Below are positions 10,507 to 20,420 of a DNA stretch of 64,000 nucleotides, piece after piece. Numbering within the stretch: position 1 is the stretch's first letter; every line of letters begins with the position of its first letter. The stretch is from positions 778 to 64,777 of the forward strand of contig JAOAHN010000063.1 in assembly GCA_026415215.1 (NCBI GenBank), written 5' to 3'. The translations under genes were made by a program, and so were the position numbers. The notes below the pieces were generated by a model. That model did not search any database and was not told where the DNA came from. It saw nothing but the letters and a program-made list of their open reading frames with translations. The stretch comes from Candidatus Hydrogenedentota bacterium. GTDB lineage: Bacteria > Hydrogenedentota > Hydrogenedentia > Hydrogenedentales > Hydrogenedentaceae.

Positions 10507-10542
10507 TCTACGGTACTCTCTCATAATACTATAAGTAGTTTA

Positions 10543-10590
10543 GGGTCCACACTCCGGGCGGTCGTATCGAACGATACGGCCGCTTAAACT
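10543..10590. terminator. Probable bidirectional rho-independent terminator between convergent genes.
   Basis: Imperfect GC-rich hairpin CGGGCGGTCGTATCG-AAC-GATACGGCCGC followed by TTAAACTTTTATT. Confidence 0.45.
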
Positions 10591-10649
10591 TTTATTCTGA
10601 CGGAGGGAAAAAAATACACTCCCCGAACCAATTATAAAAGCCGAGGAAA

Positions 10650-11897
10650 CTACCCCTCTATAATTTTTGGCGGTTCGGAAGCATAATCAACCTGATAAAT
10701 CTTCCCCCCACTTGCGATAGATTTCCTTGCACACTCATTTATTAATTCGTTGTAATATGAATTGGTAGGAGTAGCAATTATTCCATTTCTATCAATCTCA
10801 TTAAGTAGGTTGAGTTGTGCTTCTAACTCTGAACAATTTTCTAATCTAAGTACTACATTTATCAATTCTTCTATTGAAGTATAACCATACCCAACGGGTT
10901 TCAAACCCTCTCCATTCCACGGAACCATCCTGAAATAATCCGTATTGACTAAATAGAATTTCTTTTTTGGTTCCCCCAAGTCTTCTCTTAAAGCATAGGT
11001 AACACCTCTGAATTGGTCGTCGTGTCTCAGTGTAGCAGTGCAATCTTTCCCCTCGAAAAACATTTCAAGTCCCTGTTGATTACTTCCACCTCCGATATCT
11101 GGATAGCCTAATCCATTTATTAAAGACAAAATACCACCATTTTCATAAACAACTCTGCCTTGGCTCCACATATACCCCTCTTTACCATTCGGAAAATTCT
11201 TTTTTATCCCAACCACTGAAACAGAGACTGGTTTTAACCCTGTAATAAAAGTTACGAGGTCCACATAATGACATCCCACATATGTAAATGGGTCTGAAAT
11301 ATCACAAGTAAACCAATTCTGAAAGTTGCTGTGTCGATAATAATATGGCTCAATCATTTTTGCTTCACCAATAACAAACTCCCCAAATAGCCCTGCTTTA
11401 TAATTCCTTCTTGCAAGCAGGGCTCTAATATCAAATCTCTTGTGATATTCTACCCCCACAAATAACCCTTTAGATTTTGCAATTTTCTCTATTTCTGCCA
11501 ACTGAGCGTAAGACTGAACTAAAGGTTTCACACAGATAACATGTTGGTTATTACTTAGTGCCTCCATTATCGCAGGATAATGTAAATTATCAGGCAAAGC
11601 AATGAAAATACACTGCCGAGGAGATAACTTTTTAATAACTTCTTTATAGAGTTCAGGATAATACTCATTTTCAGGAGTTTTTAAGGGAGGAAAAGCCTCA
11701 AAACTTTGGTTTGGGAACGCTTCTTTGATAAATGGACTTTCAGCAAGATTTTTAAGAGGGGTAGAATGACGGGCACAAATTAAAATTCTCCCCACTTGCC
11801 CTAACCTCTGTAAATGGTATAAGCTCGGGAGAATTTGGTCATGAACTATCATTCCCCCTCCTATAATTAGAACATCTACTTTTTTCACGCCAACCAT
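10650..11897 (-). CDS. Gfo/Idh/MocA-like NAD(P)-dependent oxidoreductase (divergent member).
   Basis: N-terminal Rossmann VDVLIIGGGMIVHDQILP, a VKPL segment at the position of the family EKP motif, and about 415 aa length. Confidence 0.45.
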   Translation of the reverse strand: MVGVKKVDVLIIGGGMIVHDQILPSLYHLQRLGQVGRILICARHSTPLKNLAESPFIKEAFPNQSFEAFPPLKTPENEYYPELYKEVIKKLSPRQCIFIALPDNLHYPAIMEALSNNQHVICVKPLVQSYAQLAEIEKIAKSKGLFVGVEYHKRFDIRALLARRNYKAGLFGEFVIGEAKMIEPYYYRHSNFQNWFTCDISDPFTYVGCHYVDLVTFITGLKPVSVSVVGIKKNFPNGKEGYMWSQGRVVYENGGILSLINGLGYPDIGGGSNQQGLEMFFEGKDCTATLRHDDQFRGVTYALREDLGEPKKKFYLVNTDYFRMVPWNGEGLKPVGYGYTSIEELINVVLRLENCSELEAQLNLLNEIDRNGIIATPTNSYYNELINECARKSIASGGKIYQVDYASEPPKIIEG

Positions 11898-11921
11898 TTT
11901 CTTTTATTCCCTAATAACTAT

Positions 11922-12917
11922 TTATTTTTCGTATACCACATCAATCTTTTCTTTAAGTTTTTCTATACGCTGATTCAAAATCTTCTTTAATTCTATCTCT
12001 GTTAACTGTTTCTCTAAACCCAACCTCATTTTTTCGTAGGGAATAGTAGTTCCTTTTTGATATTTTCCTAATACTTTTATGATATTCCAACCGTTTCTCG
12101 ACCTAAAAGGAGGAGAAACACTGCCCACAGGCAAAAGAACGAGATAATGTTTTACTTCAGGCAATACCTCTCTTAATGTGACCTCATAGTATGAAAATCC
12201 CTGCTTGGTAGAGAAACTATCTTTTGAATATTTTCTTGCAGCAGAGAAAAAATCCTCTCCTTCTTGGAGTTTTAAATAAATGCTCTTTATCTGGTTTTCA
12301 ACTTCAGGCGAATTCGTAAAATCTGGTAGAAAAATATTAGCAAAGTCATATGTATCAGCAGTCCTTCGTATAATCCCCTTGTTCGAAAGCTGTAAATAGG
12401 TTTCTTTTATCTTTTCCTCCGGGATTGATATATCTCTTTTAACCTTTTCAATGTACTTATCAATCATAATCTTCCGCTTGATTTGCTCTTTGATGTAATC
12501 CTCATCTACGCCATTTTCCTTTAGCCACCTTTTATACACCTCTTGTCCTCCTAAACTTTCTATACCACTTTGAAGAATTTCATCCACCTCCTTTTCTTCG
12601 TAAGTAGTGTTATCTTCGGTAGCAAGTATGAAGACCATTTGTTGAAATACAATTTCCTCAAGCACTTTAGATTTAAAAGTCTCTATAGCTTTAGGAAAAA
12701 GAGCAGGAGGATACTCCAATAATTCAAACTCTCTATACTTTAAATAAGCATTAAAGTCCCCCACTGTTATATTGTAAGAGCCAATCCTTACTAATATCTT
12801 ATTCTCTGGAAGAGACGAAAAACCATCGCCTCTGCTCCCCCCTGTAGCATAAAAAGGGCATGTAACAATGATAATCAAAGTGATAATTACTAATCTCTTC
12901 AGATAAATATGAACCAT
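11922..12917 (-). CDS. Secreted SurA/PrsA-like peptidyl-prolyl isomerase (parvulin domain).
   Basis: Signal peptide. The C-terminal parvulin-like segment DSFSTKQGFSYYEVTLREVLPEV…GSVSPPFRSRNGWNIIKV matches the spacing of the GG.LGwf…G.vS.pv.t.fG.H.IkV pattern. Confidence 0.5.
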   Translation of the reverse strand: MVHIYLKRLVIITLIIIVTCPFYATGGSRGDGFSSLPENKILVRIGSYNITVGDFNAYLKYREFELLEYPPALFPKAIETFKSKVLEEIVFQQMVFILATEDNTTYEEKEVDEILQSGIESLGGQEVYKRWLKENGVDEDYIKEQIKRKIMIDKYIEKVKRDISIPEEKIKETYLQLSNKGIIRRTADTYDFANIFLPDFTNSPEVENQIKSIYLKLQEGEDFFSAARKYSKDSFSTKQGFSYYEVTLREVLPEVKHYLVLLPVGSVSPPFRSRNGWNIIKVLGKYQKGTTIPYEKMRLGLEKQLTEIELKKILNQRIEKLKEKIDVVYEK

Positions 12918-12950
12918 TTTTTGAGAATCTGTCCCGAGGGTTCTAAGAAA

Positions 12951-14000
12951 CTATTGAATCTTTATAGGTTTCCCAAGGCGAGCAGATTTATAGATTTGTT
13001 CTATCAAAGCAACCGCATGCCTTGCTTCTCTTCCATCAACTGCGGGCTTTCTCCCTTTTAAAATTGCCTGAGCAAAATCTTCAATTTGCCTCCTATGTCC
13101 CTCAATTTTTAATGCTGCGAGCGGGTCACTTGCTCCCGAGCCTAATTCTGATTCTCTTTTCATTTCCTTTTCTACTTTCACATCAATTGGCTTCCTTTTA
13201 GTGAATTTCCAGAAAACTATCTTACCATCTTCAAGCACGGCACTCCCCTCCGATCCGTGTACTTCAACCCTTGCAGGATGACCAGGCCAAGTGGCGGTGC
13301 TACCTTCTATTACACCATACGCACCATTTTCAAATTCCAACACAGCGGTAGCAAGGTCTTCCACCTCAAGCCCTTCATGAGCAATACATTGAGTTTGTGC
13401 AAAGACTCTCTTCACTCGTCCCATAAACCAAAGAAGTAAATCTATTTGGTGTATCCCTTGATTCATCAGGGCGCCACCACCATCAAGTTTCCAAGTCCCT
13501 CGCCACGAAGCACTCTTATAATATTCCTGAGAACGATACCACTTTATATATGCATCTCCAAGCACTAATTTCCCGAACCTATTTTGTTCTATGGCTTGCT
13601 TAATTAACTTAGACCCATCTGCAAATCTACTTTGAAAGATACAACCTAATAAAACCCCGGCTTTCTCAGTAGCTCTAATTATTCTATCTATCCGGGATGA
13701 GGTAACTTCTAACGGTTTCTCAGAGAGAATATGCTTGCCCGCTTGAGCACATTCCTCTGCTATTTCAGCCCTTAACCCACTAGGAACACACAAACACACA
13801 GCTTGCACATCTTTTCGCTTAACCATCTCCCTATAATCAGTATATGCATCTACATTATATTTATCTGCGAGCTTCTTTGCATTTGCCTCAACTACATCAG
13901 AAACAGCTACCAACATTGCGCACGATACCGCTTGAATCGCCGCCGCATGAACAGGTCCTATATTCCCACACCCTATTATTCCAAAGCCAACTTTTTTCAT
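12951..14000 (-). CDS. Gfo/Idh/MocA family oxidoreductase.
   Basis: GFGIIGCGNIGPVHAAAI Rossmann start, EKP motif (ILSEKPLE) and about 349 aa. Confidence 0.8.
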   Translation of the reverse strand: MKKVGFGIIGCGNIGPVHAAAIQAVSCAMLVAVSDVVEANAKKLADKYNVDAYTDYREMVKRKDVQAVCLCVPSGLRAEIAEECAQAGKHILSEKPLEVTSSRIDRIIRATEKAGVLLGCIFQSRFADGSKLIKQAIEQNRFGKLVLGDAYIKWYRSQEYYKSASWRGTWKLDGGGALMNQGIHQIDLLLWFMGRVKRVFAQTQCIAHEGLEVEDLATAVLEFENGAYGVIEGSTATWPGHPARVEVHGSEGSAVLEDGKIVFWKFTKRKPIDVKVEKEMKRESELGSGASDPLAALKIEGHRRQIEDFAQAILKGRKPAVDGREARHAVALIEQIYKSARLGKPIKIQ

Positions 14001-14134
14001 AAATTTATGCCTCCTGCACGCTATTAATTATAGTTCTTCCATCATTGCCTAAATCCAGAATATTCTTGTGATATAATAACACATTCCCGAATAATGTCAC
14101 TATTCAATGGGATATACCTCCTTAGGAAACCTCA

Positions 14135-15307
14135 ATGAAAACTGCAGTACAATTTGGGGCAGGAAATATAGGACGGGGCTTCTTAGGCCAATTATACTTT
14201 GAAAGCGGATATTACACAATTTTTATAGATGCATTGCCAGAATTAGTCAATCTTCTAAATGAAAGAAAGTGTTATCCTATAAAAATCGTAGGAAATAATA
14301 GAGAAAATACCGTCAGAATAAAGAACTTCGAGGCTTGTCATATTTCTGATAAAGGAAAAATCATCAACGCTATAAGGAACGCAGATATAGTATCCACTGC
14401 AGTCGGACAAAAAGGCATACCTGAAGTAATCAAGATACTATCAGAAGGCGTTGTTGCTCGACTTTTAGAAGAGAATATGCCCCCTCTAAATGTAATAATC
14501 TGTGAAAACTTGCCAGAACCTCAAAAGACATTTTATGAATTAATTATCAAACAGATTCCGGACCATCTCAAGGAGAAATTTGACGAAAACATAGGGTTAG
14601 TAGAAGCTTCCATAGGAAGAATGGTCCCAGTAGTTACAGAGAAAGAAAAATTAGAGGATCCATTACTCATTAAAGTAGAGGAGTATTCTGAACTACCAGT
14701 GGATAGAGACAGCTTTAAAGGTAAAATCCCTCATATCAAAAACATGAAACTTTGTTCTCCTTTTTATGCCTATGTTCACAGGAAATTGTATTTACATAAC
14801 TTAACTCATGCGACAACTGCTTATCTGGGAGCTCTAAAAAAATACAAATATATATGGGAAGCTATTGAAGATAAAGATATTAGAAACATTGTTTATGAAG
14901 CAGGAAGTGAATCTACTCAAGCGATTCATAAATTAGATAAACTTCCTATGGACGAACTTAAAAATCATTTAGAGGATTTATTAGTAAGGTACGCTAACAA
15001 AAATCTTGGCGACCAGATTGCAAGAGTCAGCAAAGACCCCATAAGAAAACTTTCTCCAGGAGAAAGATTTATTGGTGCAGCTAACTACTGTATAAAAGCA
15101 GGAATAATACCTGAGCACATCTCCATAGGAATTGCAAGTGCTCTATTTTTCGATGGTGAGGATGATGAAAGCTTAACTCTCAGAGAAATTAGAGAAAAAA
15201 GGGGAGTAGACTACATATTAAAAGAAATATGTAAAATCAGTAACGATTCTCTCCTGTTTAATTTGATAAAAAAAGCCATTGATAAAGTAAAATCTTTTGC
15301 AAAATAA
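14135..15307 (+). CDS. mtlD: Mannitol dehydrogenase family protein, mannitol-1-phosphate 5-dehydrogenase-like.
   Basis: The N-terminus [25 protein letters not shown] closely parallels MtlD [24 protein letters not shown]. Length 390 aa. Confidence 0.6.
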   Translation: [390 protein letters not shown]

Positions 15308-15328
15308 GAAGTTAGGAAAGGAAATCAT

Positions 15329-16666
15329 ATGTTTGAAGTAAAAATGCCTAAGCTTGGTCAAACAGTAGAAGTAGCTACAATAGTCCAGTGGCTAAAAAAA
15401 GAAGGAGATTATGTTAAAGAAGGAGAACCATTATTTACGGTTCAAACTGACAAAGCTGAGATAGAATATGAATCACCATATTCGGGAACATTACTGAAAA
15501 TCCTTGCTCAAGAAGGCGAAGAGGTTCCCGTATTAACAGTTGTAGCATTAATTGGCGAAAAGGATGAAGTAATCCCCGAAAATTATCTTACTCGACCAAA
15601 AACATCCGGGGAAGAAGCGGTAGTTTCAGAAACATCTATCACCTCAAATCTTGGTAGCAGAGAACTTCATAAAGACGCTCAAATCATAGATACTCCTAAT
15701 AATATTGTTTCATCTGGAGAAATAAAAGCGTCTCCAAGAGCCAAGAAAACTGCAGAAGAATTAGGAGTATCTTTAGAAGGTATAAAGGGAACTGGTATCG
15801 AAGGTAGAATCACTTCTAAAGACATAATAGAAGCCTATGAAAAACAACCTAAAATTACCCCCACAGCGAAAAAAATTGCTGAACAAAAAGGTATAGATAT
15901 AACATCCATCACAGGAACAGGACCACAGGGGAAAATTACAAAGGAAGATGTAGAAAAAGCAATCTCTAAAAAGCAGGCTCCACTGGAAAAAGTTAGCCCA
16001 CCAATAAGTGCCCAGAAAATACCTCTAACTCCTATGAGAAAGATAATAGCAGAAAGGATGTCACATAGTTTGAGTGTTGCTCCTCATTATTATGTAACAG
16101 TGGAAATAGATATGATGAATGCAAAACTTTTGAGAGAGAGGCTTCCTTTCAAAGTGTCCTTTAACGACATAGTGTTGTATGCCACTGTAAGGGCAATCAG
16201 AGAATACCCATCAGTAAATGTGCAATGGGGAGGAGACTGTATCATTCAAATGCCCGATATAAATTTAGGTGTGGCAGTTGCATTACCACAAGGGCTCATT
16301 GTGCCTGTTATAAAAAAAGCCCAGGAACTCTCATTGGAAGGAATATCCAAAGCTGCCAAGGAACTAATACAAAAAGCTCAAAACAACAAACTTCTTCCAG
16401 ATGACTACACAGGGAACACATTTACAGTCTCTAATTTAGGTCCTTATGGGGTAGACCACTTTACCGCCATAATAAACCAACCTGACAGTGCTATACTTGC
16501 AGTAGGACAAATAAAAGATCGACCAGTTGTCATAGATGGAGGGATATACATACGACCAATAATGAAGATTACCATGTCTTGTGATCACAGAGTAATCGAT
16601 GGAGCATTGGGAGGCCAATTTATGGGGAAACTAAAAGAAATATTAGAAAAAGCAGATTTTATCTAA
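15329..16666 (+). CDS. Dihydrolipoamide acyltransferase (E2) of a 2-oxoacid dehydrogenase complex: one lipoyl domain, two E3-binding (PSBD) domains and a catalytic domain.
   Basis: Lipoyl-lysine context TVQTDKAEIE. Two PSBDs (SPRAKKTAEELGVSLEGIKGTGIEGRITSKDI and TPTAKKIAEQKGIDITSITGTGPQGKITKEDV). Catalytic DHRVIDGA motif. Confidence 0.85.
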   Translation: MFEVKMPKLGQTVEVATIVQWLKKEGDYVKEGEPLFTVQTDKAEIEYESPYSGTLLKILAQEGEEVPVLTVVALIGEKDEVIPENYLTRPKTSGEEAVVSETSITSNLGSRELHKDAQIIDTPNNIVSSGEIKASPRAKKTAEELGVSLEGIKGTGIEGRITSKDIIEAYEKQPKITPTAKKIAEQKGIDITSITGTGPQGKITKEDVEKAISKKQAPLEKVSPPISAQKIPLTPMRKIIAERMSHSLSVAPHYYVTVEIDMMNAKLLRERLPFKVSFNDIVLYATVRAIREYPSVNVQWGGDCIIQMPDINLGVAVALPQGLIVPVIKKAQELSLEGISKAAKELIQKAQNNKLLPDDYTGNTFTVSNLGPYGVDHFTAIINQPDSAILAVGQIKDRPVVIDGGIYIRPIMKITMSCDHRVIDGALGGQFMGKLKEILEKADFI

Positions 16667-16688
16667 AAATCAAAGGAGGAGCATATAT

Positions 16689-18068
16689 ATGGAATATGAT
16701 GTAGTAGTAATTGGAGCAGGACCGGGAGGATATGTTTCTGCTATTAGAAGTGCACAAAGAGGTGCAAAGACAGCAGTAGTCGAAAGAAAATATCTTGGCG
16801 GAGTATGCCTAAACATAGGGTGTATACCTACAAAATCTCTCCTACACACTGCCCACTTATACAAACTCGCTAAAAGGGGTAGGGAGTTCGGCTTAAATAT
16901 AGATAATCTCTCAATAGATTTGAAAGAGTTAACAAAAAGAAAGGATAAAGTAATAAGCCTTAACCGAGGTGGCATAGAAAGATTATTTAAAAAATATTCC
17001 ATAGAATTTATTGAGGGCGAGGCTAATATCTATAAACCAAATGAGGTTTTAGTAAATGACAGAAAAATTACTACTAAAAATATAATAATTGCTACAGGTG
17101 GAAGACCAGTAGAGCTTTCTTTCTTGAGGTTTGACAAGAACAAAATAATCTCGAGCACTGAAGCTCTCAACTTAACCGAATTACCTCCTCGGATAGGTAT
17201 AATAGGAGCAGGAGCAATTGGATGTGAGTTTGCATGCATATGGAATTCTTTTGGAAGTGAGATACACCTTATCGAAATGATGCCAAACATTCTTCCAAAA
17301 TCAGATGAGGAATTAACCAAAAAACTCGAATCTATATTCAAAAAAGAAGGCATCAAAGTATATACTAATACAAAAGTCGAAAACGCAGAAATATCCAATA
17401 ATGGAATTAAATTAAATCTTCAAGGTAAAGCGGAAAAAATCATAGAAGTAGACACAGTACTACTTTCCATAGGAATGCGATGCAATTCAGAACTTCTACA
17501 AGAACCATTAAGAAACGCTTTGAAGATTAACAAAAAAGGAGGAATTATAGTTAACAACAAAATGGAAACAGGTATCCCAGGGATCTATGCTATAGGTGAT
17601 GTAATAGATACCACCTGGCTGGCACACGGTGCATCAGCAGAAGGAATAGTTGCGAGCACTAATGCCACAGGAGGAAACAAAAAACTTGATTATAGAGTGG
17701 TTCCTTCCTGTACTTTCACATTTCCTGAACTGGCATCAGTAGGATTGACCGAGCAGGATGCTAAAGAAAAAAATATTCCTATCAAGATTGGCAAATTCCC
17801 CTTTATGAATTCAGGCAGGGCCCACACTATAGGTGAGACAGAAGGAATGGTAAAAGTTATTGCTAATAGTGAGACAGAGGAAATTATAGGAGTCCATATA
17901 TTAGGACCTGAGGCTGGAGAACTTATCGCTACTGCTGGAGTAGCAATGAAAATGGAGGGAACCATCGAAGAAGTAGCTGAAACAATATTTACACACCCCA
18001 CACTTTCGGAAACTATAATGGAAGCTTGTGAAGACTTTTATGGATTAAGTATTCATAACCCTAAATAA
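16689..18068 (+). CDS. lpdA: Dihydrolipoyl dehydrogenase (E3).
   Basis: YDVVVIGAGPGGY FAD site, redox-active GGVCLNIGCIPTK disulfide and a C-terminal interface domain. Confidence 0.9.
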   Translation: MEYDVVVIGAGPGGYVSAIRSAQRGAKTAVVERKYLGGVCLNIGCIPTKSLLHTAHLYKLAKRGREFGLNIDNLSIDLKELTKRKDKVISLNRGGIERLFKKYSIEFIEGEANIYKPNEVLVNDRKITTKNIIIATGGRPVELSFLRFDKNKIISSTEALNLTELPPRIGIIGAGAIGCEFACIWNSFGSEIHLIEMMPNILPKSDEELTKKLESIFKKEGIKVYTNTKVENAEISNNGIKLNLQGKAEKIIEVDTVLLSIGMRCNSELLQEPLRNALKINKKGGIIVNNKMETGIPGIYAIGDVIDTTWLAHGASAEGIVASTNATGGNKKLDYRVVPSCTFTFPELASVGLTEQDAKEKNIPIKIGKFPFMNSGRAHTIGETEGMVKVIANSETEEIIGVHILGPEAGELIATAGVAMKMEGTIEEVAETIFTHPTLSETIMEACEDFYGLSIHNPK

Positions 18069-18080
18069 TTCTCTAAAAAT

Positions 18081-20351
18081 ATGACTCTGTTAAAGTCAAC
18101 ATATACGAAAGATATCTTCTTAAACATTTTCTTCTTGCTCTTACTCCCTACAGCATTATTAGCATTCGATTTCTTTGGCAAGAAGATTCCGGGAAATTAC
18201 CATTTGATTTGTCAAAACCCCTTAGCAGTTAGTGAAAACAACACAATTCTCACAAAATCTTTCGAAGACCCAACAACAGACTGCTCCGCGTATCTCGAAG
18301 ACTATATTTATCTAAATGATATTAAAAGGGACCGTCTCTTTTCTCATTTAATTTGGAACGCCACATCCGGAACAGGAGCACCATTCCTCGCACGATGGCG
18401 TACAAGAATATTTTCTGTATTTACAGTGCCTTTCTACTTTTTATCTATATTTCATGCAGTTTTTTTAAGCATCTGGTTAAAAATTGTAATTGGTGGAATA
18501 GGGATATACTTACTCGCACTAACCTACAACCTCTTACCCTCCACATCCCTATTAGTAGCCACAATTTTTCAAACCCTGGGCATCTTTACTTTTGTTCCCC
18601 TACACCCAATTACAGATACGGTAGCAATAGCTCCATATTACCTTGTTATTCTAAACTTAATGTCTAAGGGAAATACAAAACTATGGTTACTCCTAACACT
18701 TCCTATAGCCTTAATGCTACTTGGTGGGAGATTACAATCAATAATAGTTACTCTGATTTTTTCATTCTTATATCTGCTTTTAAATGATATTTTCGCAAAG
18801 AAAAAATCTCGACAAATAATCAGGGAAATAATGCTATTATCGTCCGCTTGGCTGTTAGGTTTTGGAGTGATTTTATTTCAAATCTTGCCATATATAGAAT
18901 GGGCTCGACTCAAAGCTGATGCCGGTTTTGATTATATACCACACTTTTCCTTTGCGGATATTTTTTCGCTCATCATACCCGTTGCTTCAAAAGAAGTGAA
19001 CGAAAAACTGATTCTTCAAAAAATTATAAACTCTCCAAGCCTCTTTTTGATACTGCTCATACCCCTATATATAAGTGGAAGAAAGTTGATAAAGAACAAG
19101 ATGAAAAGGAACATAGAGTTCTTTTGGATATCAGCTACTATTCCATTTATTGTGGTATTACTACTATCTTTAGATGCAGGGAAATATTTAGCTTCTATAG
19201 AACTCCTAAAAAACTTGGAACTTATTGATACCAGTTGGATTTTCATACTTGCCACAGCACTATTAATAGGATTAGCAATAGAATCGTGGAATCTGTTTAA
19301 TCCAGACGAGTGTAGAAACTGTACAAAGAAACTTATCGTATACGCTCCCTTATTCTGGGGTATAATTTTCATATCTTTACTCGCAGGAAGATTTTCACTT
19401 GATATAGGTTCTAACACTTTCTGGTATCATTACATTCTCGGACTGGCATTACTGTCAGTGATTTGCCTTTATTTTGTAATCACTTTATTTTCCCCCTCTC
19501 CCCGGAATGGTGTATACGCAATGATAATAATTTTCCTTGCTTTTTCACAATATATATATGGAGTTTACAAGCCACATCTTTCCTATACATCTCTCCTCAA
19601 ATCCCAAGAAGCCTTCGTCAACCTCGAACCATTTGGCAAGAGAATCTCCACTTTTAGTGACAAACCAATCATTCCAAGCTTTTCAAACAAGGTAACTATA
19701 TTGCCTCCCCCAAAAGAAAAAAGAACCTCTCGACTTGACATTTTTTTCCAACAGGCTTTGAACGACCCTAATCTCTGGACAAGAGTAGGTTCAAATGTTT
19801 TTCTTCTTCCCTCAGAAACAGACTATCTCAACAATATTTCCAAACTAAGGGATAAATTAAGGCTTTTAAGCCAAGACAAATCAGGTATTTCCATTTTTAA
19901 GTATGATGGTGATACAAGCAGAGCATATGTAATATACAATTGGAAAAATATTCCAGACATAAAACAAATCACCTTGTCATCTAATTTTCCACATATTGTA
20001 GAGAGTACAGGAAATGATGTTTCTGGCAGTTCTGAAGTTCTTAATGTTAACATTAATGATGTCTCCTCTACGAAAGCAATCATCAATGTCCCCAAGACAA
20101 AGCCAGGCATATTAGTTATCAGCGATACATACTATCCAGGTTGGGAAGCAACTATAGACGGAAAACCAACTGAGATAGTAGCAGTAAATGGAGCTTTTAG
20201 GGGAATAGAATTAAGTGAGGGCGAACATATAATTGAGATAAGTTATACCTGCACTCCTTTCTATGTAGGCGGAGCTTTTTCATTCTTATTTCTATTAACA
20301 TGGTTTACGCTCGCAAAGTTTACGCTCAAATTTACTTACTCTAATAGATAA
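18081..20351 (+). CDS. YfhO-family polytopic membrane protein (glycosyltransferase-like).
   Basis: About 14 predicted TM segments plus the characteristic C-terminal block SDTYYPGWEATIDGKPTEIVAVNGAFRGIELSEGEHIIEISY. Confidence 0.65.
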   Translation: MTLLKSTYTKDIFLNIFFLLLLPTALLAFDFFGKKIPGNYHLICQNPLAVSENNTILTKSFEDPTTDCSAYLEDYIYLNDIKRDRLFSHLIWNATSGTGAPFLARWRTRIFSVFTVPFYFLSIFHAVFLSIWLKIVIGGIGIYLLALTYNLLPSTSLLVATIFQTLGIFTFVPLHPITDTVAIAPYYLVILNLMSKGNTKLWLLLTLPIALMLLGGRLQSIIVTLIFSFLYLLLNDIFAKKKSRQIIREIMLLSSAWLLGFGVILFQILPYIEWARLKADAGFDYIPHFSFADIFSLIIPVASKEVNEKLILQKIINSPSLFLILLIPLYISGRKLIKNKMKRNIEFFWISATIPFIVVLLLSLDAGKYLASIELLKNLELIDTSWIFILATALLIGLAIESWNLFNPDECRNCTKKLIVYAPLFWGIIFISLLAGRFSLDIGSNTFWYHYILGLALLSVICLYFVITLFSPSPRNGVYAMIIIFLAFSQYIYGVYKPHLSYTSLLKSQEAFVNLEPFGKRISTFSDKPIIPSFSNKVTILPPPKEKRTSRLDIFFQQALNDPNLWTRVGSNVFLLPSETDYLNNISKLRDKLRLLSQDKSGISIFKYDGDTSRAYVIYNWKNIPDIKQITLSSNFPHIVESTGNDVSGSSEVLNVNINDVSSTKAIINVPKTKPGILVISDTYYPGWEATIDGKPTEIVAVNGAFRGIELSEGEHIIEISYTCTPFYVGGAFSFLFLLTWFTLAKFTLKFTYSNR

Positions 20352-20420
20352 AAAAGCATAGTAATTAACATTTAGTGAAGAAAAGATTTTCTCCTATTAG
20401 AAGTTTCTGAATAAATCCTT

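Noticed and set aside
17619-17640. TGGCAC-N5-GCA sigma-54-like motif.
   Set aside because: Lies inside the lpdA coding sequence and lacks the TTGC -12 element. Likely coincidental.
15329-18068. Assigning the E2-E3 pair specifically to pyruvate dehydrogenase (aceF/pdhC).
   Set aside because: Without E1 genes or phylogeny the complex (PDH, BCKDH or acetoin) cannot be specified from sequence alone, so the generic call is kept.
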